DNA of 64,000 nucleotides from an uncultured delta proteobacterium (GTDB lineage Bacteria; Myxococcota_A; UBA9160; UBA4427): NCBI GenBank assembly GCA_963822965.1, contig CAWGJT010000006.1, positions 704,001 to 768,000 of the forward strand, read 5' to 3'. Shown piece by piece: positions 29,132 to 38,600 of this stretch (position 1 is its first letter; each line of letters starts with the position of its first letter). The notes under the pieces were generated by a model. It saw only the letters and a program-made list of their open reading frames with translations, ran no database searches and was not told where the DNA came from. The position numbers and the translations under genes were made by a program.

Positions 29132-31120
29132 TCAGCGGGAGCGGCGTCGCGTCGCTCGCCACAGGATCGCGAGGAGCAGGCCGGTGCCGGCACAGACGGC
29201 CCACATGCCCCCGACCAGCTGGCGGGGCGGCAGGCCCGGGTGCTCGATCTTCGCCCGGCTCACCCCGTTCACCGACATCACGTAGGCCTCGATGTCGGCG
29301 ATCTCGGCCTGGGTGAGGGTCTCGCCGTCACCGAAGTCCGGCATCGACATCAAGGGGCTCGGGCCCGCGGGATGGCCGCCGTGCTGGAGGAAGCGGTCGA
29401 GGTTCGCCGCGAACGCGTCCGGATCCCGCGAGAAGAGCGCGCGCGACACCGGGCGCAGAGCGGGGACCGCGCCCGCATCGGAGCCGGGGTTCGCCACCCC
29501 GCCGCGACCGGCCGACCCGTGACAGGTGGTGCAGTTCGTGGCGAAGAGCGTCGCGCCGTGGTGCGAGCTGCCCACGATGCGAGCCGCCGGCCCCGGCGGA
29601 CCGGGGCTCGGCTGCGCCGGCGCCGCGGGCTGCGTGGCAGGCTGCGTGGAAGTGGGCGCCGCGGGCTGCCCAGAGCTCGTCGGTCCGGAGGCAGCGGGCG
29701 CGGCGCCAGTGGGCTTGGCGGGCTCGCCGCGCCGACTCGACAGGTACGCCACCAGCTCCGCGACCTCCTTGTTCGAGAGCGACGAGAAGGCGGGCATGGG
29801 CGAGTTCGGGAAGTGCCGGGTGGGATCGAGGATCTGCGTCTTCAGCCAGGCCCGGCCGCGCCCACGGGCGCCCTCGTCGGAGAGATCGGGCCCCACCGTT
29901 CCGCCCGTGCCGTCCACCCGGTGGCATCCGATGCAGCCGGACTTCTGGAAGAGTGCCGCGCCGGCCTGGGCGGGGGGCGAGAGGGGCGGGGCTCGTCGGG
30001 CCGCCGTGTCGGCCGCCACGCCCGGGGCCGGGCTCGTGACCGGCGGCGGCTGGTTCGACCGCGCGGCCGACGTTCCCTGCCGGTGGTAGCCCGCCACGGT
30101 GAGCGCGATCAGGCTCGCCAGGACCAGCACGAGCCCGGCCATCGCGAACGGCCGGCGGTTGGGCGCGCGCTCGGCGCCTCGGTCCACGAACGGGAGCGCG
30201 GCCAAGAGCAGGATGCCGAGGAGCGGGATTCCCACCGTGCCGGCAGCCTCCAGGGGGCCCGGCAGGAGCTGCAGCGCCTTGTAGAGGAACACGAAGTTCC
30301 ACTCGGGCATCGGCACGTAGCTCGTGTCCAGGGGATCCGCGGGGCCGGAGATCGGCGGCGGGGCGAAGGCCGACAGCGTGACGAGCAGCAGGAAGATCCC
30401 CGTCGCCAGCACCAGGTCGCGCACGACCTGGTCGGGCCAGAAGGGGTCGCTCGAACGGCGTCGGGCCTCTCCCCACGAGCCCGCGCTCCCGGCCACGCGG
30501 AAGGCGGCGAGGTGCACCAGCACGAGGCCGGCGAGCGCCGCCGGCAGGATCGCCACGTGCAGCACGAACATTCGCGAGAGCGTGAGCTGCCCCATCGCCC
30601 CGCCTCCGCGCAGCACCCGCTCGAGCGCGGCCCCCACCACGGGCATGGTGCCCGCGATGCTCGTCCCGACCTCGCCGGCCCAGTAGCCGCGCTCGTCCCA
30701 GGGCAGGGGCGCGCCCGTGAACATGAGGCCGGAGGCCAGCACGAAGAGCGCCACGCCGGCCAGCCAGACAAGCTCGCGCGGGCGCTTGTAGGCCGCCCAC
30801 ACGAACACCCGCACCATGTGGAGGCCGATCAGCAGCATCATCGCGTTGGCGCCCCAGTAGTGCAGGCCGTGGACGAGCCAGCCGAAGGTCACCTCGGTCC
30901 GCAGGTACATGAGGCTGTCGTAGGCGTGGTCCACGGTCGGGACGTAGTAGAAGAGCTGGAGGCAGCCCGTCGCCACCTGGAGGAGGAAGAGGAAGAGCGT
31001 GGCGCTGCCGAGCGCATAGGAGAAGCCGGCGCCGCCGGGAATCTCCTCCCCGGTGCCGAGGCGCAGGACCGCGCTCAGCGGGAAGCGCGCATCGATCCAA
31101 CGGATCCAGGAGCTGCGCAC
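29132..31120 (-). CDS. Cytochrome b fused to two c-type cytochrome domains
   Basis: GWLVHGLHYW, AYKRPREL, TLSRMFVLH, PEWN, CIGCH...MP, Pro/Ala linker, CTTCH...MP, C-terminal TM. Confidence 0.9.
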   Translation of the reverse strand: MRSSWIRWIDARFPLSAVLRLGTGEEIPGGAGFSYALGSATLFLFLLQVATGCLQLFYYVPTVDHAYDSLMYLRTEVTFGWLVHGLHYWGANAMMLLIGLHMVRVFVWAAYKRPRELVWLAGVALFVLASGLMFTGAPLPWDERGYWAGEVGTSIAGTMPVVGAALERVLRGGGAMGQLTLSRMFVLHVAILPAALAGLVLVHLAAFRVAGSAGSWGEARRRSSDPFWPDQVVRDLVLATGIFLLLVTLSAFAPPPISGPADPLDTSYVPMPEWNFVFLYKALQLLPGPLEAAGTVGIPLLGILLLAALPFVDRGAERAPNRRPFAMAGLVLVLASLIALTVAGYHRQGTSAARSNQPPPVTSPAPGVAADTAARRAPPLSPPAQAGAALFQKSGCIGCHRVDGTGGTVGPDLSDEGARGRGRAWLKTQILDPTRHFPNSPMPAFSSLSNKEVAELVAYLSSRRGEPAKPTGAAPAASGPTSSGQPAAPTSTQPATQPAAPAQPSPGPPGPAARIVGSSHHGATLFATNCTTCHGSAGRGGVANPGSDAGAVPALRPVSRALFSRDPDAFAANLDRFLQHGGHPAGPSPLMSMPDFGDGETLTQAEIADIEAYVMSVNGVSRAKIEHPGLPPRQLVGGMWAVCAGTGLLLAILWRATRRRSR

Positions 31121-31123
31121 CCG

Positions 31124-31645
31124 CTAGACCGGCTTCTTCTCGGGGACACCGAGCTCGAAGCGCTCCCACTCGACGCGCAGCTCGTCGCCTTCGATGCGGA
31201 TGGGGAGCGTGTCGAGCGGACGCGGCGCCGGCCCTCCCAGCACGGTGCCGTCGAGGGCGAAGACGCTGTGGTGGCACGGGCAGTAGAAGTGCCCCGCGGC
31301 CGCCACCCACTCGTAGCGGCATCCCAGGTGAGGGCAGATCGGCGAGAAGACCGTGACGTCGCCGCCGGAATCCCTCACCACCCACACGTTGCGGGTCACC
31401 GTCTGCGCGAGGTAGGCGTCGGTCGTGTGGTCGCGGTAGCTCAGCTCCACGGGCTTTCCGGTGGGAATCCCGGTCACCCTCCCCACCCGCGCGAAGCGGC
31501 GACGGAGACGGCGGAACGAGGGCCCCACCACGGAGCCGAACAGCGGGACGGCGAGGAGAGCGCCCAGGAGCGAGGCCAGAACTCCAGAGGCCAGCGCGAG
31601 GAAGCGCCTCCGACCGGTTCCGACCTCGTCCGTTGCGTCCGTCAT
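31124..31645 (-). CDS. Rieske iron-sulfur protein
   Basis: Tat signal GRRRFL; CPHLGC and CPCH; AGGAGG RBS before ATG 31645. Confidence 0.92.
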   Translation of the reverse strand: MTDATDEVGTGRRRFLALASGVLASLLGALLAVPLFGSVVGPSFRRLRRRFARVGRVTGIPTGKPVELSYRDHTTDAYLAQTVTRNVWVVRDSGGDVTVFSPICPHLGCRYEWVAAAGHFYCPCHHSVFALDGTVLGGPAPRPLDTLPIRIEGDELRVEWERFELGVPEKKPV

Positions 31646-31657
31646 CCGCCTCCTGGA

Positions 31658-31741
31658 GAGCATAGGGCGGATGAGCCGGGTTTCCGCCTCAGGTCCGGGT
31701 AGGGGCCTTATGTCAATCCCCCAGAGGGGCCCGGCGGCGGG
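31658..31741 (+). repeat. dif/Xer-like dispersed element, copy 3 (full); core 31691-31718
   Basis: Same as copy 2 except central hexamer GGGGCC. Confidence 0.95.
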
Positions 31742-31752
31742 GCCTCTCAGCG

Positions 31753-32230
31753 TCAGGCAGCAACATCGTCGTGGTCTGCGCAGCGATTCACCTCCACCGT
31801 CACGTGCACAAGCTCGGGTCGATGCGCCAGCAGCTTCTTGAACTGGTCCGGAGGACAAGGCTCGTCGCTGACCACAGAAGCAACGACTGCGAGTCTACCA
31901 GGGCCAAGTGGCCAGACGTGGAGGTCAGAAACAGAATCTCCTGCCCGCCGACTCTCTAGCGCTTCACAAATAGAATCGAACGTCTCGGTCGGAACTGAGC
32001 CATCGAGAAGGATGCCGGAAGTGTCTCGGAGCAAGCCATACGACCAGCGCGCGATGACGAGCGATCCGACGATGCCCATGAGTGGGTCCATCCAAGTCCA
32101 GCCGAAGAATTTCCCCGTGAGCAACGCGAAGATGGCCGTGCCAGACGTCAAAGTGTCCGCAAGGACATGAAGATACGCTGCCCGACGGTTGTGGTCGTGA
32201 TCGTGGTGTCCGGTGCTCGCCTGCGTGTGT
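31753..32230 (-). pseudogene. CDF (DmeF/CzcD-like) cation transporter C-terminal fragment
   Basis: His-rich HHDHDHN, AAYLHVLADTLTS, WMDPLMGIVG, DLHVW, HVTVEV; N-terminal TMs absent. Confidence 0.8.
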
Positions 32231-32744
32231 TCGTGTGGCTCGTCCCTAAGGGCTTCGGCCTCAGCCGACGCGGCCCCGACGACGTGGCCGTCCGTGCGAG
32301 GCGCGCGATGCAGAAGCTCGCGTTGTTCGTCACCGCGTGGGTCGCGGCGTTCGTCTTCCTCCCCGCCGGCTGGGTTGCTCTCGCGCTCCTCGCCTGGGCA
32401 GCGCTCGTCCTGCCGGGCATCGTCGAGATGCACCGGGCCTTCCAATCTGTGGATCCCTGAGACGCAGATGTCGAGCAGGTCCCGAGCCATGCGCTCGAGA
32501 GGCATCACCCTCCCGCGAGACCGAACGCGGGAACCAACCACGCCGGAGCCGAGCTGCCACAGCGCGCCGGGCTCGGGCACGAAGGCGGTCGATCCGAGCC
32601 GGCCGAGGCGCGCGTCTTCGAGCCACACCGTGCCGCCGGGCCTTCGAGCTACGTTCTGGGTCGACGTCCGGGTCCGGGCGTCATGTCGAGCTCCAGGAGG
32701 GGCCGAGAAGGCTGCGAGCGCAGCCCACCACGAGGGGAGCATTC

Positions 32745-33335
32745 ATGGCAAGTCCGCACCGGTCCTTCCACCAGCGGTGGGAAACCTGGAAGCACCTCTT
32801 CGAGCTCGAGGAGGTCGTTCTTCTGACCAGCGTGGTGCTGGCGGTCATCGGCATCGGCATCACCGAGCTCTCCCCCACCAGGAGCTACCAGTACTGGCTG
32901 TGGATGATCGTGGCGTTCGCGATCGTCTCGCTCGTGCTCGGCTGGTTGAAGGCCCGCAGAGACGGTCGTGACCCGAAACCATTGTTGGGGGTGCAACTCC
33001 TGCACTGGGTCGCGACCTGGGCCGCCGTGTTCGCGCTGTTCCTGATCCTGGATGCCGGACGCCTGAACTTCGACAACATCGGCCTCGTCACCCTGATCGT
33101 GCTGGCGCTGTCCACCGTCCTCGAAGGTCTCCGCGTCGACTGGCGCTTCAGCCTGGTCGGCCTCCTACTCGGAGCGACCGCCGTCGCGGTCGCCTATGTC
33201 GAGGCATCGATCTGGCTGCTGTTCGTGCTCGCCGCGTTGATCATCGTCGCCATCATCTTCTACGCCCATCTGCGTCGAAGGAAGGCTCGAACCCACGGCG
33301 CGGAAGACAGGGAAGACAGGGAAGAGAGCTCCTGA
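32745..33335 (+). CDS. Multi-pass membrane protein (paralogue of 15216-15797)
   Basis: Collinear, highly similar to the 15216 protein; GAGGGGAG RBS before ATG 32745. Confidence 0.8.
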   Translation: MASPHRSFHQRWETWKHLFELEEVVLLTSVVLAVIGIGITELSPTRSYQYWLWMIVAFAIVSLVLGWLKARRDGRDPKPLLGVQLLHWVATWAAVFALFLILDAGRLNFDNIGLVTLIVLALSTVLEGLRVDWRFSLVGLLLGATAVAVAYVEASIWLLFVLAALIIVAIIFYAHLRRRKARTHGAEDREDREESS

Positions 33336-33390
33336 GCGGGGCGAGGTCGGCTGCATGCTCCCATCGTCTACCACGTCACCGACAGGCTTC

Positions 33391-33720
33391 TCAGAGGAAT
33401 GCCACGGAGTTGGCGACGCCCCAGCCGGTCGCCGAGCCCGCGGTCAAGCGCGCGGCGTAGCGTCGGAAATGCGCCATCGTGGCGCGCGTGCCCTCGGCCG
33501 TGGCGCCTCCGAAGTAGCGGACGTCGGCGAAGCGCGCGGCGACGAGCGAGACGGCCAGCGCAACGAAGACCGCGTCCAGCCGCGACGGAAGGTCGGCGCG
33601 CTCCATCGCCATCATCGCCAGGACGAGGGCCAGGGCGCCGTTGCCGAGGAGCATCCACCAGGTGCGCAAGAGCAGCCCGAGGGCGGGGATGGACGGGGAA
33701 GAGTCGGATCGATCGGACAT
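33391..33720 (-). CDS. Small hypothetical membrane protein
   Basis: MSDRSD... with hydrophobic segments; GGAGGG upstream. Confidence 0.6.
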   Translation of the reverse strand: MSDRSDSSPSIPALGLLLRTWWMLLGNGALALVLAMMAMERADLPSRLDAVFVALAVSLVAARFADVRYFGGATAEGTRATMAHFRRYAARLTAGSATGWGVANSVAFL

Positions 33721-34018
33721 GGGGCCCTCCGAAGAAGGCGTCGGTTGCCGGCAGAGGACAGCTCGGAGAGCTGCCACGACGGCAGTCGACGCGGAGGGCG
33801 GCCCGACCGCTCCGGGATGCCTGCGCCGGGAATCGGCGCACCCGGGTTCAGGCTGCCTCATCCGACGTCGCCTCGCCACCCGCCCCCCACACAGGCCGTT
33901 GTGACGCCGGTACCGAAACCGCAGCTCCCTCCCGGTGGCCAGCCTCGCCGGCCTCGAGGCGCGGGAGCCGAGCGCTCGGCGTCTCAAGCCGGAATCCGGA
34001 GCCGTCGATATACACCAC

Positions 34019-34366
34019 ATGATCCTCCGGGCCATCCTCATCATCTGCGTATCGCTTGCCTGCATGGGTTGCCCCGTCCTGCAGGAGCTCGACAAGAGCA
34101 ACGCAGCCATGGAACGCTACGACAAGACCAAGAAGGCCAAGACCAACGACGGCTCCAGCGCGAAGGAGACCCGCCCGCCCGGATCCCTGGCGGAAGAGAA
34201 GGCCCAGGTGCAGAAGGGGATGAAGCAGTGGTGGCAGGAGGCCAGGTCCCTCAACACCGGAAAAATCGACGAAGGCATCGTGCGCTGCCAGATCCGGGGA
34301 AACACCGAGTACATGCAGCGCGACGACTGCCTGAGCCGCGGCGGCAAGCCGCACGGCGCCGGCTGA
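34019..34366 (+). CDS. Small putative lipoprotein
   Basis: MILRAILIICVSLACMGC lipobox-like; C-terminal C...C pair. Confidence 0.65.
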   Translation: MILRAILIICVSLACMGCPVLQELDKSNAAMERYDKTKKAKTNDGSSAKETRPPGSLAEEKAQVQKGMKQWWQEARSLNTGKIDEGIVRCQIRGNTEYMQRDDCLSRGGKPHGAG

Positions 34367-34491
34367 CCCGGCTGTCGGCGACGGCGGAGCGATCGACCGA
34401 TCTCCTGTCCCAGGGGTGCTCGTCGTAGGGATGCGCGGCGCATCCGTTTCTCCCCAACCTCGAGCCACTCGGCCCAGCGCTTGGCTCGAGA

Positions 34492-34584
34492 AGGCAGCAG
34501 TGTCCCGCCATACGCCGCCCCGCACACGAAGGACAGAAGCCGCGGCGCTTGCACGAGAAGGCGACCAGGCGTTCGCGCCGGCAG
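34492..34584 (-). pseudogene. IS91-family (rolling-circle) transposase zinc-binding domain fragment
   Basis: CRRERLVAFSCKRRGFCPSCAGRRMA, then DTAA after a frameshift. Confidence 0.8.
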
Positions 34585-34659
34585 AGGGTAGGACGAACAA
34601 GCCGCGTTCTTGGCCTGGCGGAGCGAGCCCTCCGGGCTCGCATCGTGGCGTAGGTCGAC

Positions 34660-35292
34660 TCAGCGCGGGTCGGACGGCCCCGCGCACCGCCCCCCGATGC
34701 TCGCGGCGCCGAGGGCCGCCGCCAGCAGCAGGCCGGTCGACGGCTCGGGCATCGGCGCCGGTGGGTAGGCGTCGGCACCGGCGATGGGCGTGACCCGGAG
34801 CAAGACGGTCTGTGCGGATGGGTTGACCACGCCGCCCGCCGTGAAGTACTGGAAGCCGAGCGCGTAGCCCTGGTCCAGGCTCTGGACGCCGCCCAGCGGA
34901 ACGAACTCGTCGAGCGAGTCTCCCTGCACGGCGTCGGAGCCGACGTACTCCTTGAAGATCGCCGTCTGCACGAACGGGTTGAGGACGATCGGGCTCGCGG
35001 CGGAGACGACGTCGAAGTGCAGGCCGAAGTCGGTGTACGGGGTCAGATCGAAGCCGTGCAGGAGCTGGCGCACGGCGACCTTGCCGTAGTCGATCGTGCC
35101 GCCCTCGATCTCGAACAGGACGCCGTCGCCGTCGGCGGTGCGGCTCACCACCTGTCCATTGCCGCCGAAGAGCGCCGTCACCTCGTCGAGGTCGAGAAGC
35201 GCGGCCTGCGAGAGGGTGATCGTCGTGGCAGCCGCCGGTGAAGCGACGACGAGCAGGAGAGCGAGCAGGAGAGCTAGGTAGGATCGGCGCAC
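34660..35292 (-). CDS. PEP-CTERM surface protein
   Basis: Signal peptide (LLLALLLVVASPAAA), tail MPEPSTGLLL-TM; hairpin GCGAGCCC-TCC-GGGCTCGC downstream (34623-34641). Confidence 0.75.
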   Translation of the reverse strand: MRRSYLALLLALLLVVASPAAATTITLSQAALLDLDEVTALFGGNGQVVSRTADGDGVLFEIEGGTIDYGKVAVRQLLHGFDLTPYTDFGLHFDVVSAASPIVLNPFVQTAIFKEYVGSDAVQGDSLDEFVPLGGVQSLDQGYALGFQYFTAGGVVNPSAQTVLLRVTPIAGADAYPPAPMPEPSTGLLLAAALGAASIGGRCAGPSDPR

Positions 35293-35363
35293 GGGGGCCC
35301 TCCCGGACCGACACCATTCTATACCCGTAGAGGATCGAACGGACAAATGATGTTCTTCGCGTG

Positions 35364-35411
35364 GGGTTCGGGTAGGGGCCTTGTGTCGATTCCCCTCAGG
35401 GGCCCGGCGGG
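35364..35411 (+). repeat. dif/Xer-like dispersed element, copy 4 (degenerate, no left flank); core 35364-35391
   Basis: GGGTTCGGGTA-GGGGCC-TTGTGTCGATT-CCCCTCAGGGGCCCGGCGGG. Confidence 0.8.
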
Positions 35412-35679
35412 CGCCTGGTCGCCCATGCGGCTCGGTCGAGGTCGCTCCATCCGCCCAGACTCCATCCAGCACGTCGGTGTCCGAAGCGACCTGTGTCGTT
35501 CCGAACGCCGACTGCGAGAAGGCTCATCATGGCGAATCGCTCGTCCGACGAAGCAACGGCCGATGGGGCGTCCCCACTGAAATTGGTTGGCCGTTCCTGG
35601 ATCGCGGTTACGGCTTCGAAGGCGCGGCCCCACCGTAAGACACGGGGATACAACGAAGGCGCCGAGCACGCCTCCGGCG

Positions 35680-38600
35680 TCAGCGGCGCTGGTTGCAGTA
35701 GAGCACGGCGCACCCGCTGTTGAGCTGCAGCGGCTCGATGGTGGGCGTTGGAGCCGTGTTCTGAACCGTGGGCTGGATCGGCGGCTCCATCGCCGCGCGG
35801 CGCCCCGGAGATGCAGCGCCGTTGTCCGTTCTGTTGACGGTCTGGCTGAACTCGTCGTACGGCTTCCGGAAGCTGTCCGGGTAGTTGTTCATGAACCGGA
35901 TCGTGTCCGTGTTCTCGAGCCGACTCTCGACCGCGTAGTCGGCGCCCCACTTCCCGGTGAGATACGTCATCGAGACGAGCATGCCCGCTCCGGTCCCTGC
36001 TCCCGCCGCGACTGCGATCGAGATCAGGGTCGAGGCCGACTCGGCTCCGCCCTGCGCGATCTTCAGCTCGTCCCCTTCCACGATGCCTTCGTAGGTCTGA
36101 TTCATCGACTTCGACATGGAGTAGGCGTCAAAGGCTATCCCCCCCAGCTTGAGACCCTCGGAGGCCCAGTGCACGGCCCGCCCGCCGAAGCGCGCCATGT
36201 CGTCGAGAGCACCTGATTCGATGCCGGTCTCGATCAGCTCTTTGGCCTGGCGGCCCTGCTCGCGCGCCAGCTCGAAGGCATCGTCCGTGATCGCGAGGAA
36301 GGTCGAGAGCACCTCCTCCGCAACGTCTTCATCGCGGTCCTGCCCGTACTGCGCGTCGTACTGCTCGTCAAAGTCCGTGCCGTCGCCCTCGTCGAGGTCT
36401 TCTGGTGACCGACCAGCGGGATCGACGTAGCGGTAGGGGTTCCCGAGAGCCATTGCGTAGGCGTTCGCGGTGCGCGGCTGAGAAGTCGGCGTCGGTGACG
36501 AGCGCAGCGGGTCTACGGAGAGGAAGACCGGCAGGGTCCCCAGATAGAAGCGCGTCTCGAAGTACTGCAGGCCGGACTCGCGGTCCCGCTCCTTGCCCTG
36601 GAATCCGTAGCCAGCGGAGTTCAACCCCTGGGTCGCCATCTTCGTCTGGATTCGTGTCGCGCCGTAGGGGTAGTAGGAGCTCTCCTCGACGAGGTTGCCG
36701 ACCTCGTCCGTGAGCACGGTCGACGATCCGAGATGATCGAGATGATGGAAGCGGATCCTCGCACTGGCGGGGGGAAGCTCGAGCGCCTGGCTCGAGCGAC
36801 TGGCCCGATAGAGCGCAGCTCCGGGCCCGAGCACGCCAGGCCCATCGGACAGCGCGGAGAGCGGCGGTCCGAGCCTCGAACGCCAGCGCGTCAGGCCGGC
36901 ATCCCACGACCACAGATTCTCGGAAGACAATAGTGTCGACGTTGCCAGGGACTCGAGCGCCGCGAGCCCGACGAAGCCCGGACCGGCACCCGCTGGGTCC
37001 GGCGCACCGGCATAGCTGCCCACCAGGGAAAGCACGGCCGGGGAGGTCGCCAGCAGCCAGACCAGCGAGCCGGCCGGGATGGCCGAACCGGAGTCCAGCA
37101 GCTGGAGAGCGCCCGACGAGGGCTCGACCCGGTAGCCCACCGTGGCGCCGCCGATGTCCAGCCGCGCCGCCGTGTCCTGAGCGTCGACGGCCACGGACAC
37201 CAGGTTCCAGCCGCTACGCAGCCACACCCGCTGGATGCGCGAGGCCGTCGGATCCAGACTGCCCGTCACTTCGGCCGCGCGACCGCGACCGAAGAACACG
37301 AACTTCGTGGGTTGCCGCGCTTCGCGAAGCTCGAAGTGAGAGCTTGGATAGAGCGCCGTCCGAGCCTCTCCCCCGACCAGCCCAGCCCAGTCATGCTTGG
37401 CGGTCACCTTCTTCGTGATCCGACGGCCCGAGTAGTCGTAGCTGTAGTCCGCCCGGAAGTCATCCGTCTCGACGGCCACCAGCCGATCCTTGAAGTCCCA
37501 CGCCGCGGTCACGCCGTCCACGGAAGTCACGTTGCCGTTGGCGTCGTACAGGTAGCTGCGCTGATCGAGTCCGCTGTCGGTCGCGGTGAGGGCATGGGGT
37601 CCCGGCGGGTCTCCAGCGTTTCGAACTCCTCTCCCGAAGCGGCCGGCCACGCCGCCGTAGCTCATCGTCCCGATCTCCGTCAAAGACTTGCCATTCTCGC
37701 TGTGCGTGATGTCGGAGCTCTGGGTGAGCAGGTTGCCGATGTTGTCGTAGGTGTACGAGATGTCGCCGTAGCTCGCCCCCGGATCTTGCGCCGATCCCAA
37801 CCGGTAGCTGGTCAGGCGATGCAGATCGTCATAGCCGAGGCGCTGCGTGTTGTGGCGCGGATTGCCCCCGACGACGCCGTCTCGCAGATCCTCGACGACC
37901 TCGACGTTCGACGTGGGATCGCGCAGATAGCGATAGTCCAGGAGCTCCGACCCGGCGGTCGCTCCGGCGCCGAGCGTCCGGATGCGGCTGAGCCGCAGGC
38001 GGTCGTCGTACTCGAAGCTGGTGACGACTCCATTGCCGTACACCTGCTCGGACAACAGGCCCGATGGCGCGTAGCTCGCGTCGTCCAGGATGGCACGACC
38101 GCCATTCGCGCCGCGGATCGCGCGCAGGAGTCCCCTGGGCGAATACTGCTGCGTGATGCGATCCCCGTCCGGGTACTCGAGCGAAACGAGGCGATCCAAC
38201 GAGTCGTAGCCCATCCGATTGGTGAAGGGCACCAGGACGCCGAGGACAGGGTCGCGAACGAGCTTGGCCGTCCACGATCGACGGTGGCGCTCGTCGTAGG
38301 AGCGGTGCTCCTCTCCGGACAGGTCGACGATGTAGGACAGTTCGCCCGCCGTGAAGCTCGCCTGCTCCGTCGTTCCATCCCCCAGCGCGACCCCACCGGG
38401 TGCCGGCAGATCGTAGAAGTAGGAGACGTCGACCGGATCCGTCAGCGGATCGCCCGTATCGTCGAGGTAGTTCTCCGAAGTGAGACGATTCGCGCGATCG
38501 TACGCGAAGACTACGCGCTGGCCCTTGGCGTCGGTGGTGTCGATCAAGTTGTCGGCATCGTCGAACGCGAACAGGCTCCGCCCGCGATCCGGATCGTCGA

